From the NCBI GenBank assembly GCA_010909165.1, contig MU008150.1, positions 434,001 through 498,000 on the forward strand: 64,000 nucleotides of DNA, given 5' to 3'. The position numbers and the translations under genes are program-made. The stretch is from Anthoceros angustus (taxonomy: Eukaryota > Plantae > Anthocerotophyta). The notes beneath the pieces are model-generated. The model saw nothing but the letters and a program-made list of their open reading frames with translations. It was not told where the DNA came from and did no database searches. Positions 49,040 through 61,699 of the stretch are shown here, in pieces; position 1 is the first letter of the stretch; each line of letters starts with the position of its first letter.

Positions 49040-50653
49040 AGGGCGGCAACAGAACTGTGCCACAGCATCGACTTCATCCATCTTCGAGCCCAACAAAACA
49101 AGTTAAGTACGAAGTGATAGAACTTGCTCATGTAAGCCGCTACCTTCTCCCCCTCCTTCATTTTTAGCCCACAAAACTCCTGTCTAACGATGCAAAGGGT
49201 CGTCATGTTGTTTACTCGATAAGTCTTGGAAAGTTGACTCCATATCTCACATGCTTTCATCAAGAACTCAATATCGGGGACAAGGACAATATCCCGCCCA
49301 ATTATGAGAAGTGCCCCTACAACATGATACATGGGCTCCCACTTATCTTAATCGACTTGCGAGCTGCTGAGTGGGTCAGGCTCAGGGAAGGTTCCATCCA
49401 CAACTGACCATACACCCCTTGCGATGAGAGTGGCCTTCATCCTGACTCTCTAGACCTGGTACGAAGTACCATTAAACCTGTCTTTCTCCTTCAACTCTGA
49501 TGTAAAGACTGGGCCTGACGAAAGGTGGGTTAGCCTAGAAGTAAAGAATATGAGTAGAGGCCTCGTCGGGTGCTCCTTCCTCCTCAAACTCAAAATTGTC
49601 ATTAGAAGAGAAATGAAACATGCGGTGTACTAGAGTAGTACCTCTACCAACCCCAACGAACTTTGGTTCAATGAGGATTACTGATGTGCTATTTCGTTGG
49701 GGCATGGCATGCTACTTTTCTCCATGGTCTAACCATGCATACTAGGAAGGGTTTGGGCAAGAGAGTAGCTCGAAAGGGGGCAGATGCACGAGTGCCTGAC
49801 CCTTTACGTGCTACCTCTTCATCAAACTTTTCCTCTGTGTACAGTTAGGGAACAAAGCAGTTACACTCTTGAAACATCATGTCTGTTAGGGTTCTAACCT
49901 AGACAGTGTTTCATGTCTTAAAGAACTGTACTGTCACTTGTTGCTGAAGCGACATGTAAAAAGGTAGACCTATCAATAGAGATGGCCAGAGATTTCAAAG
50001 GGCTGCTCGCGAGCTCCAGGGTGCTTGGTACCCTGGCAAGGTTTTGATCACGCTAGGTTCGATACCATCTACAGCTTTCTCAATCTTGTTAGCGGCTCTT
50101 CTAATAGATGCCTGACAACTGCCTTGTAGTGATCAGTGGGATTCAAGCGAGGTGTTCCAGATGGAAGATTGGATGATGAAAGTAGGCACTCCAAACCCCT
50201 GTAGTACAGATTTGGATTTTGACCCCTCTCAGCGCAGCGGGCCTTGAATAGTGTGTCAATTTCTTAGTATTTGTTGATACATTGAGTCGCCCTGCTGCGT
50301 CCAGCCAGGTCGGAATGTTTATCGACAAATTGCTGCAACCGGAATTCAGGATAGTGGTATTCGTAGAAGTCAATCGCTTCACTCATGTAGGAAGATGTCG
50401 AGGAAGGAGCGCATGGCGGTTCTCATGGCACATGCAGTGTCCTGCCTCCCGACGTCGTACTCTTGAACCACTACTATCCCATCTCAGCATCTATAAGAAA
50501 TGGACACACCACAAACACCATGCTTTGATACCATGAACAAAACGGGAGAGCAAGGGCTCGACCAAAAACATGTATATTAGAATAATAATAATAATACAAT
50601 CAGAAAGTCTTATTAAGTAGCCTATTTACACAACGCTTCATAGTCAACTAACA
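49040..50653 (-). mobile_element. Second Copia 5' fragment: ~120-bp LTR, PBS, decayed gag
   Basis: TGGTATCAAAGC at 50522-50533 abuts LTR 50534-50653 (TGTTAG...TTCA). ELKEKDRFNGTSY, VWSVVDGT and LKMKEGEKVAAYMSKF are paralogous to the gag at 4.2-4.7 kb. Confidence 0.75.
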
Positions 50654-50948
50654 CAAGTTACGCTAAGCTAATTCTAAGCGAGTCCAGCTTGTCACAAATT
50701 CTCCACAAAGTACCAACTGGCAATTCTCTCCCACTTTGCTCCAGTTCTCTTCAGTTTGCTTCAGCTCTATTCCAGTTTTGCTCCAATTTGATCCCTTTTG
50801 ATCCAAAACGTAGGAGAGGCAAACTTTTGTGTTCCAATCTCATTGTTGTAGATTTTGTGCCTAAACTCTCATTCACGTACTAACAAACGAGATACTACTT
50901 TGAACATGCAAAGAGGATTGCCAATGCACACAATTGTTGATACATTTA

Positions 50949-51917
50949 TCAGGACCTTTCACCCCTCGGTGTGGCCCACTCCACTCGCAAGATGAGGTTG
51001 TCATAACCATAACCATCAAGTTTGTCAATTGCTAGTTTAGCATCATCCCTGCATTCAACAACGTAAAATACACTCATTGATTAGCCAGCACAAACACAAT
51101 TTCTAACCGACGCTCAAAACCAAGTACTAGAAACTTATCTTACATACCTGTTCACAAAATTGATAAAGGCAAACCCTCTGCTCACGCCTGTGTCACGGTC
51201 AAAGGCAACATATGTGCGAGAAATAGGCCCAAACGGCTTGAACAACTCTTGCAAATCCTCCTCCCTAGTATCCTCTGAAAGATTGGTAACCCTAATGGAG
51301 TGATCATCCTTACCCCTCCTCATGCTCTCTCCCGCGTTCTTGGTGCCACCCCTCATGCTTGGAGGTACATAGGAACCCTTGCTGCCACTAGCAAGGCTTG
51401 GTGTTGAAAATGCTCCCAAATCATCATCGCTAGGAAGCTTATCTCCCAAAGTGAGGCCTTTGGTAGCTGTAAACTCTTTGAAGGGACACTTGGCGGTCCA
51501 ATGATTGCCTTTCTTCCCACAAGTCCTGCAAAGAATAAGCGGTGTATTCCCTAGAGTGGTAAGATCTCCGGACTTCTCTACTGGGTTTGAAGTACCGGTT
51601 AGCCTTGTCTGCTCCACAAAGATCTCCTCCTTCGACACCACGGTGAGGTTGTCTGATGCTTTCTGCCCCTCAGCATCACCAAACGTCTTCAATTGGCGCC
51701 GCCTTAGCACTCCCGGGGTTAGCTTTATCAACATCTTTGTGACTCGGACCGTTTTCGTGACCTTAACGACCATGCCGTCATTGTTTCTATACCACTCTGT
51801 GATCACCTTAATGCCCTTTTCATCAGGCCCGACCACTTGCATTGGAGGCAACACTTCATCGATCCCATGGTCGTCGTCCTCGACATCCCCCCACTTGAAA
51901 TTTCTTTGATTTTCCAT
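50949..51917 (-). CDS. eIF3g: Translation initiation factor eIF3 subunit g, 2 coding exons
   Basis: FKWGDVEDD, CRTCGKKGNHWTAKCP, YVPPSMR, RRM IRVTNLSEDT...RGFAFINF; intron 51049-51147; last exon LDGYGYDNLILRVEWATPR. Confidence 0.95.
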
Positions 51918-52030
51918 GTTTCACAAAGTGTACATGAATAATGATTTGGACAACCGCTTCTTTACTATGGACAAACAAAAGAACAACATTAGAGAGACCG
52001 AAGTGCTCGGTTCACACACCTTGCGCCTCT

Positions 52031-53088
52031 AGCACAAACACAATTTCTAACCGACGCTCAAAACCAAGTACTAGAAACTTATCTTACATACTGTTCACAA
52101 AATTGATAAAGGCAAACCTTCCGCTCACGCCGTATCACGGTCAAAGGCAACATATAAGCGAGAAAATAGGCCCAAACGGCTTGAACAACTCTTGCAAATC
52201 CTCCTCCTAGTATCCTCGAAGATTGGTAACCCTAATGGAGTGATCATCCTTACCCTCCTCATGCTCTCTCCGCGTTCTTGGTGCCACCCCTCATGCTTGG
52301 AGGTACATAGGAACCCTTCTTTGCCACTAGCAAGGCTTGGTGTTGAAAATGCTCCCAAATCATCATCGCTAGGAAGCTTATCTCCCAAAGTGAGGCCTTT
52401 GGTAGCTGTAAACTCTTTGAAGGGACACTTGGCGGTCCAATGATTGCCTTTCTTCCCACAAGTCCTGCAAAGAATAAGCGGTGTATTCCCTAGAGTGGTA
52501 AGATCTCCGGACTTCTCTACTGGGTTTGTACCGCCTTTGTCTCTGCTCCACAAAGATCTCCTCCTTCGACACCACGGTGAGGTTGTCGATGCTTTACGCC
52601 TCAAAGATCACCAAACGCGTCTTCAATTGGCGCCTTAGCACTCCGGTTAGCCTTGTCTGCTCCACAAAGATCTCCTTCGACACCACCACGGTGAGGTTGT
52701 CGATGCTTTCGCCTCAAAGATCACCAAACGTCTTCAATTGGCGCCGCCTTAGCACTCCCGGGGTTAGCTTTATCAACATCTTTGTGACTCGGACCGTTTT
52801 CGTGACCTTAACGACCATGCCGTCATTGTTTCTATACCACTCTGTGATCACCTTAATGCCCTTTTCATCAGGCCCGACCACTTGCATTGGAGGCAACACT
52901 TCATCGATCCCATGGTCGTCGTCCTCGACATCCCCCCACTTGAAATTTCTTTGATTTTCCATGTTTCACAAAGTGTACATGAATAATGATTTGGACAACT
53001 GCTCTTTACTATGGACAAACAAAAGAACAACATTAGAGAGACCAGAAAGTGCTCTGTGTCTACACACCTTGCAGCTCTAGCACAAACA
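52031..53088 (-). pseudogene. eIF3g: Tandem frameshifted partial eIF3g duplicate lacking the last exon
   Basis: Near-identical to 51087-52030, with many 1-2 bp indels and an internal ~100-bp re-duplication at ~52530-52745. Confidence 0.85.
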
Positions 53089-53852
53089 AGGGGAGAATAT
53101 TAGAGAGATCAAAAAGTGCACACCACCGACATACCTTACGGCTCTGGCACACTGGCACACGGTACCCTAATCCCAAGCTCGCTTCGCAAAGCTCCCTTCC
53201 ACTAACACACTAGTTGTCTAGGCTTTCAAGACCTCACACAAAGAGTGTGGACTAATGTTTTTGTGTGGAGGAACATGTGAATGTCACCTTTAGGGCTATT
53301 TAGCCAACCTCTTATATAGGGGGGTCTCCTCTCTAAGAATTGCTATCTTAAGCCAGTTTTGTTGTTCTGAAAGAAAATACTATCCTAAGTTTAATTTTTA
53401 GATAAAAGGTTTAATCTCTTCAAATAGAAAAATAGTTTTATAGTATTACATTACATTTACATGTCGTAGCGGCTCGCATGAGGGAACTGGACATGCCCCC
53501 AGGGATCCGACCTAGTGGATTCTTTTGAGTATATATATGTTTTTATAATGTCTATTTTTTATGGTATGTCCCCTGATTTTAATTGACAGGTGGACACAAA
53601 GCCACGCTTTGCCCTTCTGCTATTGTGTGAGTGCTTGATCAAACCATCCGATCGCTCACCTCCTGCAAGAATCAGAGTGCTAGTGATCTTCATTGTTTAT
53701 CAGAAAAGTGGCCACAAGGACAGCCTGTACAATGTGCTAACGTCTAGCCAGATACAAAAATTCTCTTTTCCTTTATTCCCCAATAGTATAGCAATAATGA
53801 CCTATCAAAACATAAGGAAAGACTGACTTTCAGACTGTTGGGCGTTTTGGGG

Positions 53853-55478
53853 TTAAGTGCGGTCGAAATCCGGAGGTCCTGAACCGTTCGGTCCGTTGCC
53901 TGGTCTACGAAAAGCGAAGGGAGCCTGCCCCATAGAGGTGAAGGGCATCAGCCCAAGCGAGCGAGCAGTCTTGATTTCACGGACAATCTTTCTCTGGGCC
54001 TTGGCACTAAAACGATTCTGTCACGACAGGAAACCCTTGGTCAATACATAAAGTATTAAAGAGCAAAGCTGGTAAGAAAACACAGCAATCATCACGTACC
54101 CTTCTTCTGGGCTGTATTCTTGCGGTCTCCGAAAGAAAAGCTGTCAGGAACCTTACATTCTGCAGTAGCCCAGCCCCAGCGCCTTCGGCGTTAGCTTACT
54201 CTTCTACGCAAATTGCCAAGCTGATTCAGTCTGTCAAAAGCATAGCTAGCAACCGGCAGACAGGATGTGATACCCGGAAATCAGACTTCTTGAGTGCTAC
54301 ACTGCTCTCGACTGTATTCTTGGTTCTCTGATACTGGTTCTCAACTTCAGGCTTTGATATGTCAAGATCCTGCAAAGGCAGCGAAGAATATGGATAAAGC
54401 AACTCAGGCCAACAATGTGGTGCTTGGTACGCAAGTGCACAAACGAAAAACAACCGAAAAACAAACGAAAAACGAAAATCACAGACGCACACGTAATTCT
54501 TACCTCAGCCTCATATCTCTGCCCTGGGAAAAAGAGTCTACCAGGTCTGAATTGGTACGGCCTGTCCGGACTCTCCAGGTCGTAAGCCTCTGCGGCAGCT
54601 AAGCCCCTATCTGCTGCTACGCTGATGTCTGCCTCTGTCGCAGGCTCTGGGTTCCCCCAACTGGCCTGGATACTAACATCTTCCTCCTCATCATAAATCC
54701 CACCCGAGGCACCTGACTCATTGTCAATCGCATCTAACTCTTTCAGCAGCTCACTATCACCTCCATCTTTCTCCGCCTTCCACTGTGTCCCCAAGACCCG
54801 GCGCTCAAAATCATCTACGGAATCAAGGAGCCCACCCACCTGCTTCGCTTCCTTCAAGACATCTGCAGCTATCCCACACCCACACTGTGTCAGCTCCATG
54901 CCAGTTACAAAACCACGAAAGTCTCTATATATCAGCTAACCAAGTGTCCAAGCAGCCACACACACAAGCAACCACGTACAAAACGGATTGCACATGGAGA
55001 GATGCACAGTACCTGTAGCTGGCGACACCCGTGTGGACAAAACCTCGTCGGCTCCCGCACCCCGCTTCTTATCCTTTTCTGCGCAGGGGTAGCAGAATCC
55101 AGCAACTCTTTCACATGCTTCATGAGAAGACTACATTAGCCCCACCACCCTCAACGTCTGCCTAAAAGGCCTACCAGCAAGCCTCCCTTCAATCCATTTC
55201 CTCCACTGCCCTTGCCCTCCTGGCGTTTGCTGTCCGTCTTTTCGATCAGAATCTGCCCCCAATCACAAACCAGAAAGAACTTAACAAATCAACCTGGAAG
55301 AAAAGCAAAACACACCGGACCTGGAGAACGGAATCAACAAACCTCGGGCGCTGGAACAGTACTCCGCAGCCCGCACGGCCGGGCCAGCGCAGAGCTGATC
55401 GCGTGACGCTGACAACTGGCAAGCTCGAGCCACAGACAAGAGACCCCTCCTAGCCGGGCCTGTCACCGCGCCAGCCAT
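53853..55478 (-). CDS. Nuclear-encoded mitochondrial ribosomal protein S18-type (bS18m/mS40-like), multi-exon
   Basis: Presequence-like N-terminus, acidic linker, RPYQFRPGRLFFPGQRY, ALKKSDFR|NVRFLTAFLSET...|FSAKAQRKIVREIKTARSLGLMPFTSMG (S18 core); stop at 53853-53855. Confidence 0.88.
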
Positions 55479-55542
55479 GTTCCCACCTTTCACCTGAGCC
55501 CATCGACTAACAAACGTACAATTCTCATTTCTCTCTGCTTCA

Positions 55543-55610
55543 AAACCCTAATCAGAGTCGCTGCTCCAAACGCTCACTTTTTGTCTTCCATGAATTTGGC
55601 TTATGGCCCA
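55543..55610. promoter_or_regulatory. Telo-box and site II element upstream of the S18-type gene
   Basis: AAACCCTAA at 55543-55551 and GGCCCA at 55605-55610. This pairing is established for plant translation-machinery promoters. Confidence 0.55.
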
Positions 55611-55916
55611 AGGGCACCTCACGGGGGCTACGAGACTGGATGGACAGATGAGTCAGTCCAGCATGACTGCTGATCCATTTACCTACATATATGTTTGTGT
55701 CTGTGCTTAGAAGCGTGTATCACTGGTGGAGATATGGCGTCGGGCGAGTATGTCCACGTAGATGTCTTGCTTAATCACAACTTGTTGTGTCTACGTTGAT
55801 ATATTTGATCAGGTGAGGTACTGCGGTTCTATGATTGTTCCGCTCAGGCTGATCAATGTGGAGGAAGCATGACTGTCCGAGGACAACTGCCATGTTCGGA
55901 TGGATATATTTTGCAG

Positions 55917-56430
55917 ATTGATAAGGTCAAAGAAGAAATTCAACTGGACAGTTCTCGACGTGCACAGGGTCTTGAGATGATCAGTTTCCGGGTTACTATA
56001 AGCCGACTATCCCGGAGTGTATTGCCGGAATTATCAAACAATGGAGAACGCACCAAGGTCAAATTTCGGGCCTGGAATATCCTACTCAGCTTCTTCTCAA
56101 TCTGAACATTCTCACTGAATGTGCGCCTCCTAGAAGGTTCTCATAGCAGTTGAAAATCAAGAGGTTATTATCTTCCGATATCCTGTACAGTTCCACCAGG
56201 AAAGATTGTCAGTTGATAAACCCCACAAGGGTATCACTGTAAGCAGCAGGGAGAAGGAACGCTTGTGAGGTCAAATCCCAAACTGACGCTGATCTACTGC
56301 TTCTGTATCCTATGTGCTTACCAGACTTCTTCAAGAACGGTTTCCCCTGCAACATTACACAGTCGCCAGGAACCAGAATCTGTCCAAGCAAGACATGGGG
56401 CTCATCTTCAGACTGCGAACCGAGACGTAG
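55917..56430 (+). CDS. Candidate unknown spliced gene divergent from the S18-type gene
   Basis: Exons 55917-56057, 56134-56264 and 56325-56430 join in phase through 76- and 60-nt GT-AG introns. No family recognised; start not defined. Confidence 0.35.
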
Positions 56431-58479
56431 AAGTGACATGGAGCCGGGTCCAGCTAATCAAAGCCAGGGGACTGCAGAAGTGCCTGCAACGCCGCCTCCT
56501 GGATTACAGACAGCGAGTTACCCGCGAGAAGTGATCTTGTACCATCAGAAAGCAACCAGCAAATTTGAGCTCAATGCAGACATCTGTCCCCTCAGGTGCT
56601 GAGCAAGATTGGGGTCCATCTCTTTAATTTAAAATGTAAGATACCTGCCAGGGACATGTGAAGGAGATTGCCAGAGAGGGCCACATTCGGAACAGGGGGG
56701 AAAGGGACCAAAGAGGACGGTTGGTCTTTGGTCGGTTGGTTGTATGTGAGTATAGTCGTTTGGATGTGAATATTCCACATCAGCAGCATAATGCAGCTTG
56801 CAGCTCACACTCACTTGGTAAGCTGTACATTTTCATTCACTGGATTGGCACTCCTGTGTCTGCCGTCTTCCTGTCTGTATACAGCAGCTACTTCAGAGTG
56901 TGACATGCATGCCATGATGCACAGGTGAATCAGAGAGGAGAGTGAGGCGGCTGCAAAGAATGTATGAAATCTCAGTTGTGTCCCCGTTGCTGTTGCTCGC
57001 ACCCGTTTTATAGCCTTTCAACGGCCTCCATCTGAGCTCTCTCCAAATATCTGTCCACAAGGTTGTGCTGGGCGTGTCATAAATGCTTTTTCATGTATGG
57101 CACTGCAGGAGGTTTGACCACAGGCATCTGAATCCCAGCAGCAGAAAATGATTCTCCATGTGTAGCAAGCATGGAAGAGAGGTGGGAAAATATTGCTTTA
57201 TTATCGCACATTGCTGAAGTCGCCATGGTATTCACACAGGAAAAGCAGGCCGATGCGTCGATTGCCGCCCGGCTAACACAATTATGTAAAGTTTGATCAA
57301 TAGGTTAAAGCGCGATGGTGAGCAAGGTGGCCTTGACAGCCAAAGATTCGTCATTTCCAGCCAGCGTTCGGTATTTGTCCTTGCGAGCGAGTTCCGTGCA
57401 CTGGAAGGTGAGGTTAGCAGTCAGGAGGCGCTGGATGTGGTGTTGCCGCCATGGCCAGCGCAGGTGAGCTCCAGCGGCAGCTACTCCAGGATGGTGACAC
57501 CGTAGACAGGGAAGGGGTTCATGAAGAAGGAGAGGGGACTCATGCCCTTCGAGCCCCGCCCGTGGTGCCGTAGAACATGGACATTCGGTTCACCATGGCC
57601 ATGGACGCATGAAGATTATCATGAGTCTCTCCAGGAAGATTCTAGAAAGGCCCTCACCACGGCCATAAGGAACTGCGCTAGAAGAACCAACAGTCCCAGT
57701 ACTATGGTGATACCAGCAACGCTTATGATGAAGCCGACAGCTATGCCTGCAACCAGCGTCAGATGCTGAATGAGAATGCGGCCGATACGGTTCCAATCGA
57801 TTCGATTCTGAGTCATAATCCCTCGCTTTGCTAGCACAGGACTGTCAGCCGGGGTCAAGGGCCTCAGGCACCACGCACAGGTAAGCAAGGGGGACTTCGC
57901 ACATGATGGGAGGATGGAGCTGGACTACATATATATGCATATGCTCGGCCATGGCCCAGAGAGTCGGCAACCCTGCAGCTACCCTTGCACGTTCCGATCG
58001 ATTCCCTGCCGGGAAGAAGTTGCAGCACCGTGGGAACAGGCAGCCAAGGACGCCAGCCAAAGCGACGACGATCTGCCACCTCCTGGATTACGATTTGTTG
58101 TTTGTTGCACAACCAACTAGAAAGAATACCAAACCGAGGACGGGTACGATGATGCCATGATGCCAGATTGTCCTGATTGCCGCCTCTCTATTCACACGTG
58201 AGGTGCAGACGAACCGCCTTGCCTACCTGAATGGACTCCATCATCCTTGGTTGAAAAGATGCACCATACTTTTTGAGAAGTCGGAGGGTTCCAAGTAGGT
58301 ATGCATCGAAGTCCCAGCATTATTTGGAACTTTGATCCAAATGGGATTAACTATTTTTAAATTAAATTATTATAAATAATATAACCGCTACCGTGTAGAT
58401 AATATGTAATAGCGGCTGCTATATTACTTTGGTCAGCACGTTCAAATGTTTTAAATTCTTCAAGTTGTTGCATATAGAA

Positions 58480-58895
58480 AGACACCCTAGAGACATGGGA
58501 AAATTCATCTACCTTAAGTAAAGGGGTATGAACCCTTAGGAGGGCACCAGACCACGGGGGACTAACCCCGCTGTCGCTAATCTTGTAACTGCCTACCGCG
58601 TCAAGGATATCAAAATCGGGGATACGAAAGGGCCTACCCACCAAGGTCGGAAGCCGCCTCAGGCTTGCGTCCGTCTGCAGCTGGCCAATGCCTGAGCGAT
58701 GGACACCTGCTGAGAAAGCCACGATACATGAAGGAGGGAGGCCAACACCATTCCTGCGGCTGTGGTACTCCCTGGCACAGGTTTTCAGGAACCTAGAAAA
58801 GGCTTGCCCATGGCCCCATGGGTCTCGATGGCGAGGGGGATGAAGACGTGCCCCTACTGCATAGGAGCATAGGAGGGTACTTATGAACCTTCGAT
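58480..58895 (-). mobile_element. CRE-like non-LTR retrotransposon 3' fragment, 5'-truncated
   Basis: VHKY..MQ*GHVFIPLAIETHGAMGK ... GRPFRIPDFDILDAVGSYK. Confidence 0.7.
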
Positions 58896-59889
58896 AAAAA
58901 TAAATATTAACTAGTATTTCAATTCCTTTTTTAACTTATGGAGAATGTGAGCCAAGCTAGCGTTTTGTTGCAATTTCTCCCTAACTGTTGCTTACTTACC
59001 TCCTTCCTCCATTTTTTAACACATAGGTCTATAACTCCAAGCTGTGCATAAGATCCGCGAATGTTTCCTCATTGAAGCTTTTTTGTGCTTTAAGTGCTTT
59101 CTCATCATCCTGTGCAATAGGAGGGTTCTCGTGTTTCTCTTTGTCATATAGCATTGCAGATAAGGAAAGTGGGTGCAATGTTCTATTTTCTTGGACAGAT
59201 CTAAATAAATATTCGATTAAAATGATGGCTGTAATACCCTTCCAGCCTTATTGCTTTGATACTCATCGCTCCGTCCATTTGCAGCCCTAACTGGCGTCTG
59301 AACATTGACATCCCGTGATAATCAATTCTTTTAGCACTGGATTAGTCCGAAGCACGAGAGATTAACGTCACACAAATGCTCCTCAAGCATGCCCCGCGTA
59401 TTTATCTTGATGATAGATGAATTCCCCTTGGCCACATGAAGTTCGACGTCACTCCTCTCCCACACAAGTCCGGTGCGAAGCAGGACACCCACTATTTCGC
59501 CTTCGAGAGGCTGGCGATGGCCGTTGGCTGCACCCAGCTCGCAAAGGAGCTCCTCCAAGGCAACAAGGAGCGGGTCCGGATCCTGGGCCTACTGCTGCCA
59601 TCCGCTACTAGAGCTGCTTTGCATGCCTCTAGCTCCCACGTCCACCATCGTTTTCTTCATCACACATTTAAAACCAGCCAGGGAGGGATTGTCCACTCAA
59701 CTGAGGGTTGGCTCCCAGCACGCTGGCCAGGTAGCCTAGCCCGCCGGCATGCATCCCAATGTATTCGAGATCGAGTATTATGGAATCTATTATGAGTCGG
59801 ACCGCACGGGGCCGTCCATCGGGACAGGGTCGGGTGCAAGGGTCCGTGCCCACGGGATTCATGCAGCGTTAGGCTAGTTCCGCCGGACG

Positions 59890-60480
59890 ACACTGATGCG
59901 GAGCCAGCATGGACCGGGCATCCACGGGCCCTAGTGAGGAGCTGCATGGCTCAGATCATTTGCCAGCCATACCTGGACGTGAGTCAGGCAGAGATCAAGG
60001 AGGTGAACCTATTCGATTATCTTCCGTGACGTGGGAGGAGTCAGAATTGCTACACAAGCTGGTGCATGTGCCTTTATTTTCTCTTGAGGAGGTGGGAATA
60101 GGGACTGCATGGGTTGCTTCCCTTTTACATCAGCTGGTTCTAGCTGTACAGCCCACGCGCGGTAGTGCAGAGTTAGACAAGCCGATTACTGGTGAGACAA
60201 TAGTCAATGCTCTAGCTACCAGTGAGCTGGATTGGATTGAGCCACTTGCTGCTGGAAAACCGGTGATGGTTTCACAGTTGGCCCTTGCCACTGAAGGCAA
60301 TTCTTTGGTGCAACCAAAAAATCGCCTGCAAGTTCAGGTCAATCATGCACTGGTGAACAATACAGCAAGTCATGTGACGATCAATCGTGTTGCACCCCGT
60401 ATAGTGTTGTTCGATACTGGTGCTCAGCCAGTTATTATTGGTTAGACTTTGGCTGCTCGATTGCAGTTGATGGGATCAGC
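59890..60480 (+). mobile_element. Ty3/Gypsy gag-protease junction fragment
   Basis: Aspartic protease motif IVLFDTGAQPVIIG at ~60400-60440; no RT follows. Confidence 0.7.
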
Positions 60481-61699
60481 ATAACGCAACTCTCCTTGGA
60501 ACATACGTCCCCAGGGCGTAGAGTCGGTCAAGGTGAGACAAGTGTTTCCAAGTGTCATTCCCTCGACTGTGTGTCGATGTCGTGTGTGGAGTTAGATTTT
60601 GCGTCCAGAGACACAAGGAGGCCACATTTATCCTCTATGTCGTTATAGTTCTAGGATTCGATCCTAAGGGAATGGTTTTGTGTCAAGATGTTCCCAAACT
60701 ATGGGTTCTAGCCCTCCTACAATTAGTTCCTTCCCAGCCATAATCAACTACCGTGTCCGCACCCATCACCGTGGTAAGTTCGACCACTGCCATGGTGGTT
60801 TTGGCCACCGCAGTGGCTGATTCGGTTACTATGGTGGGACCCACCCGTCCGGCGCGTGCGCGCGTCGCAATCGACTATTTGGCGCCCGGTTCTTCTAGCA
60901 TGCCCACTAAGGGTTATGGCCCCACACGCGCAGATTTGCATGTACACCAAGTCACACTCATGTGTATTCACACCCAGAGCTCACTGGTAGGCCATGGCCA
61001 CACACGCTGCGGCACCTCACTCCGTCACTGATTCCCACTGACCCCACAATTTACTCCCAACCTTCCTCAGTGTTCCGTGTTTTCCAGACTCTCGCGCTCA
61101 CCACTTCCTAGACTCCTCTCTCACCCTCTTTCTTCCAAGACCCTCAGACACCACCACGCGCAAAATGTTCTCACCAATCCCTCTATCTCAGGCCACACAA
61201 ACCCTCACCTCAGGCTACACAGACCTCTCCCTTAGGCCACACAGACCTCACCTTGGAATTAGATACAATCTGGTTAGACAGCGGGTTGGGAAGGAAAGAA
61301 AAGCATGGCTTGACCTGTGTGATCGACAACTGTGATCTCACCCGGTCCCCTTATGGAAATCTTCCTCTTCCCATGTGGCGCCTCCCGTTAATCACCCTGT
61401 ATGGAGCTTGGTAACTCGGCTCGACCACCTGTGGAACTCCGCCCTCTGTGATTTGGCAAGGCAGCACAGATCGAATCACCGTTATTGATCAGACGTCTCC
61501 AATCAACCTCGCGTGCATATTCGACACACGAGAGCTCACACCTGAAATTGTCTAACAAGAGAGACGCGAAAAGGTCTCTTGTACATCCAGTTGCAGAATG
61601 CCACAACTCACTTTTTCCCAGTGTCTAAAAAAAATGGCTAACCTACCACGAGTGCACCTACCAATTCAGGTAACTACAGCTCCATAGGCTTTCCTAACG

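Noticed and set aside
50057-50067. Second PBS-like TGGTATCGAAC
   Set aside because: Only 7 nt match tRNA-iMet and there is no adjacent CA LTR end; the better PBS is at 50522-50533.
50122-50131. CCTTGTAGTG as a right-hand CACTA end
   Set aside because: It lies inside the Copia leader and lacks the inverted subterminal motifs; a 10-bp match is plausible by chance.
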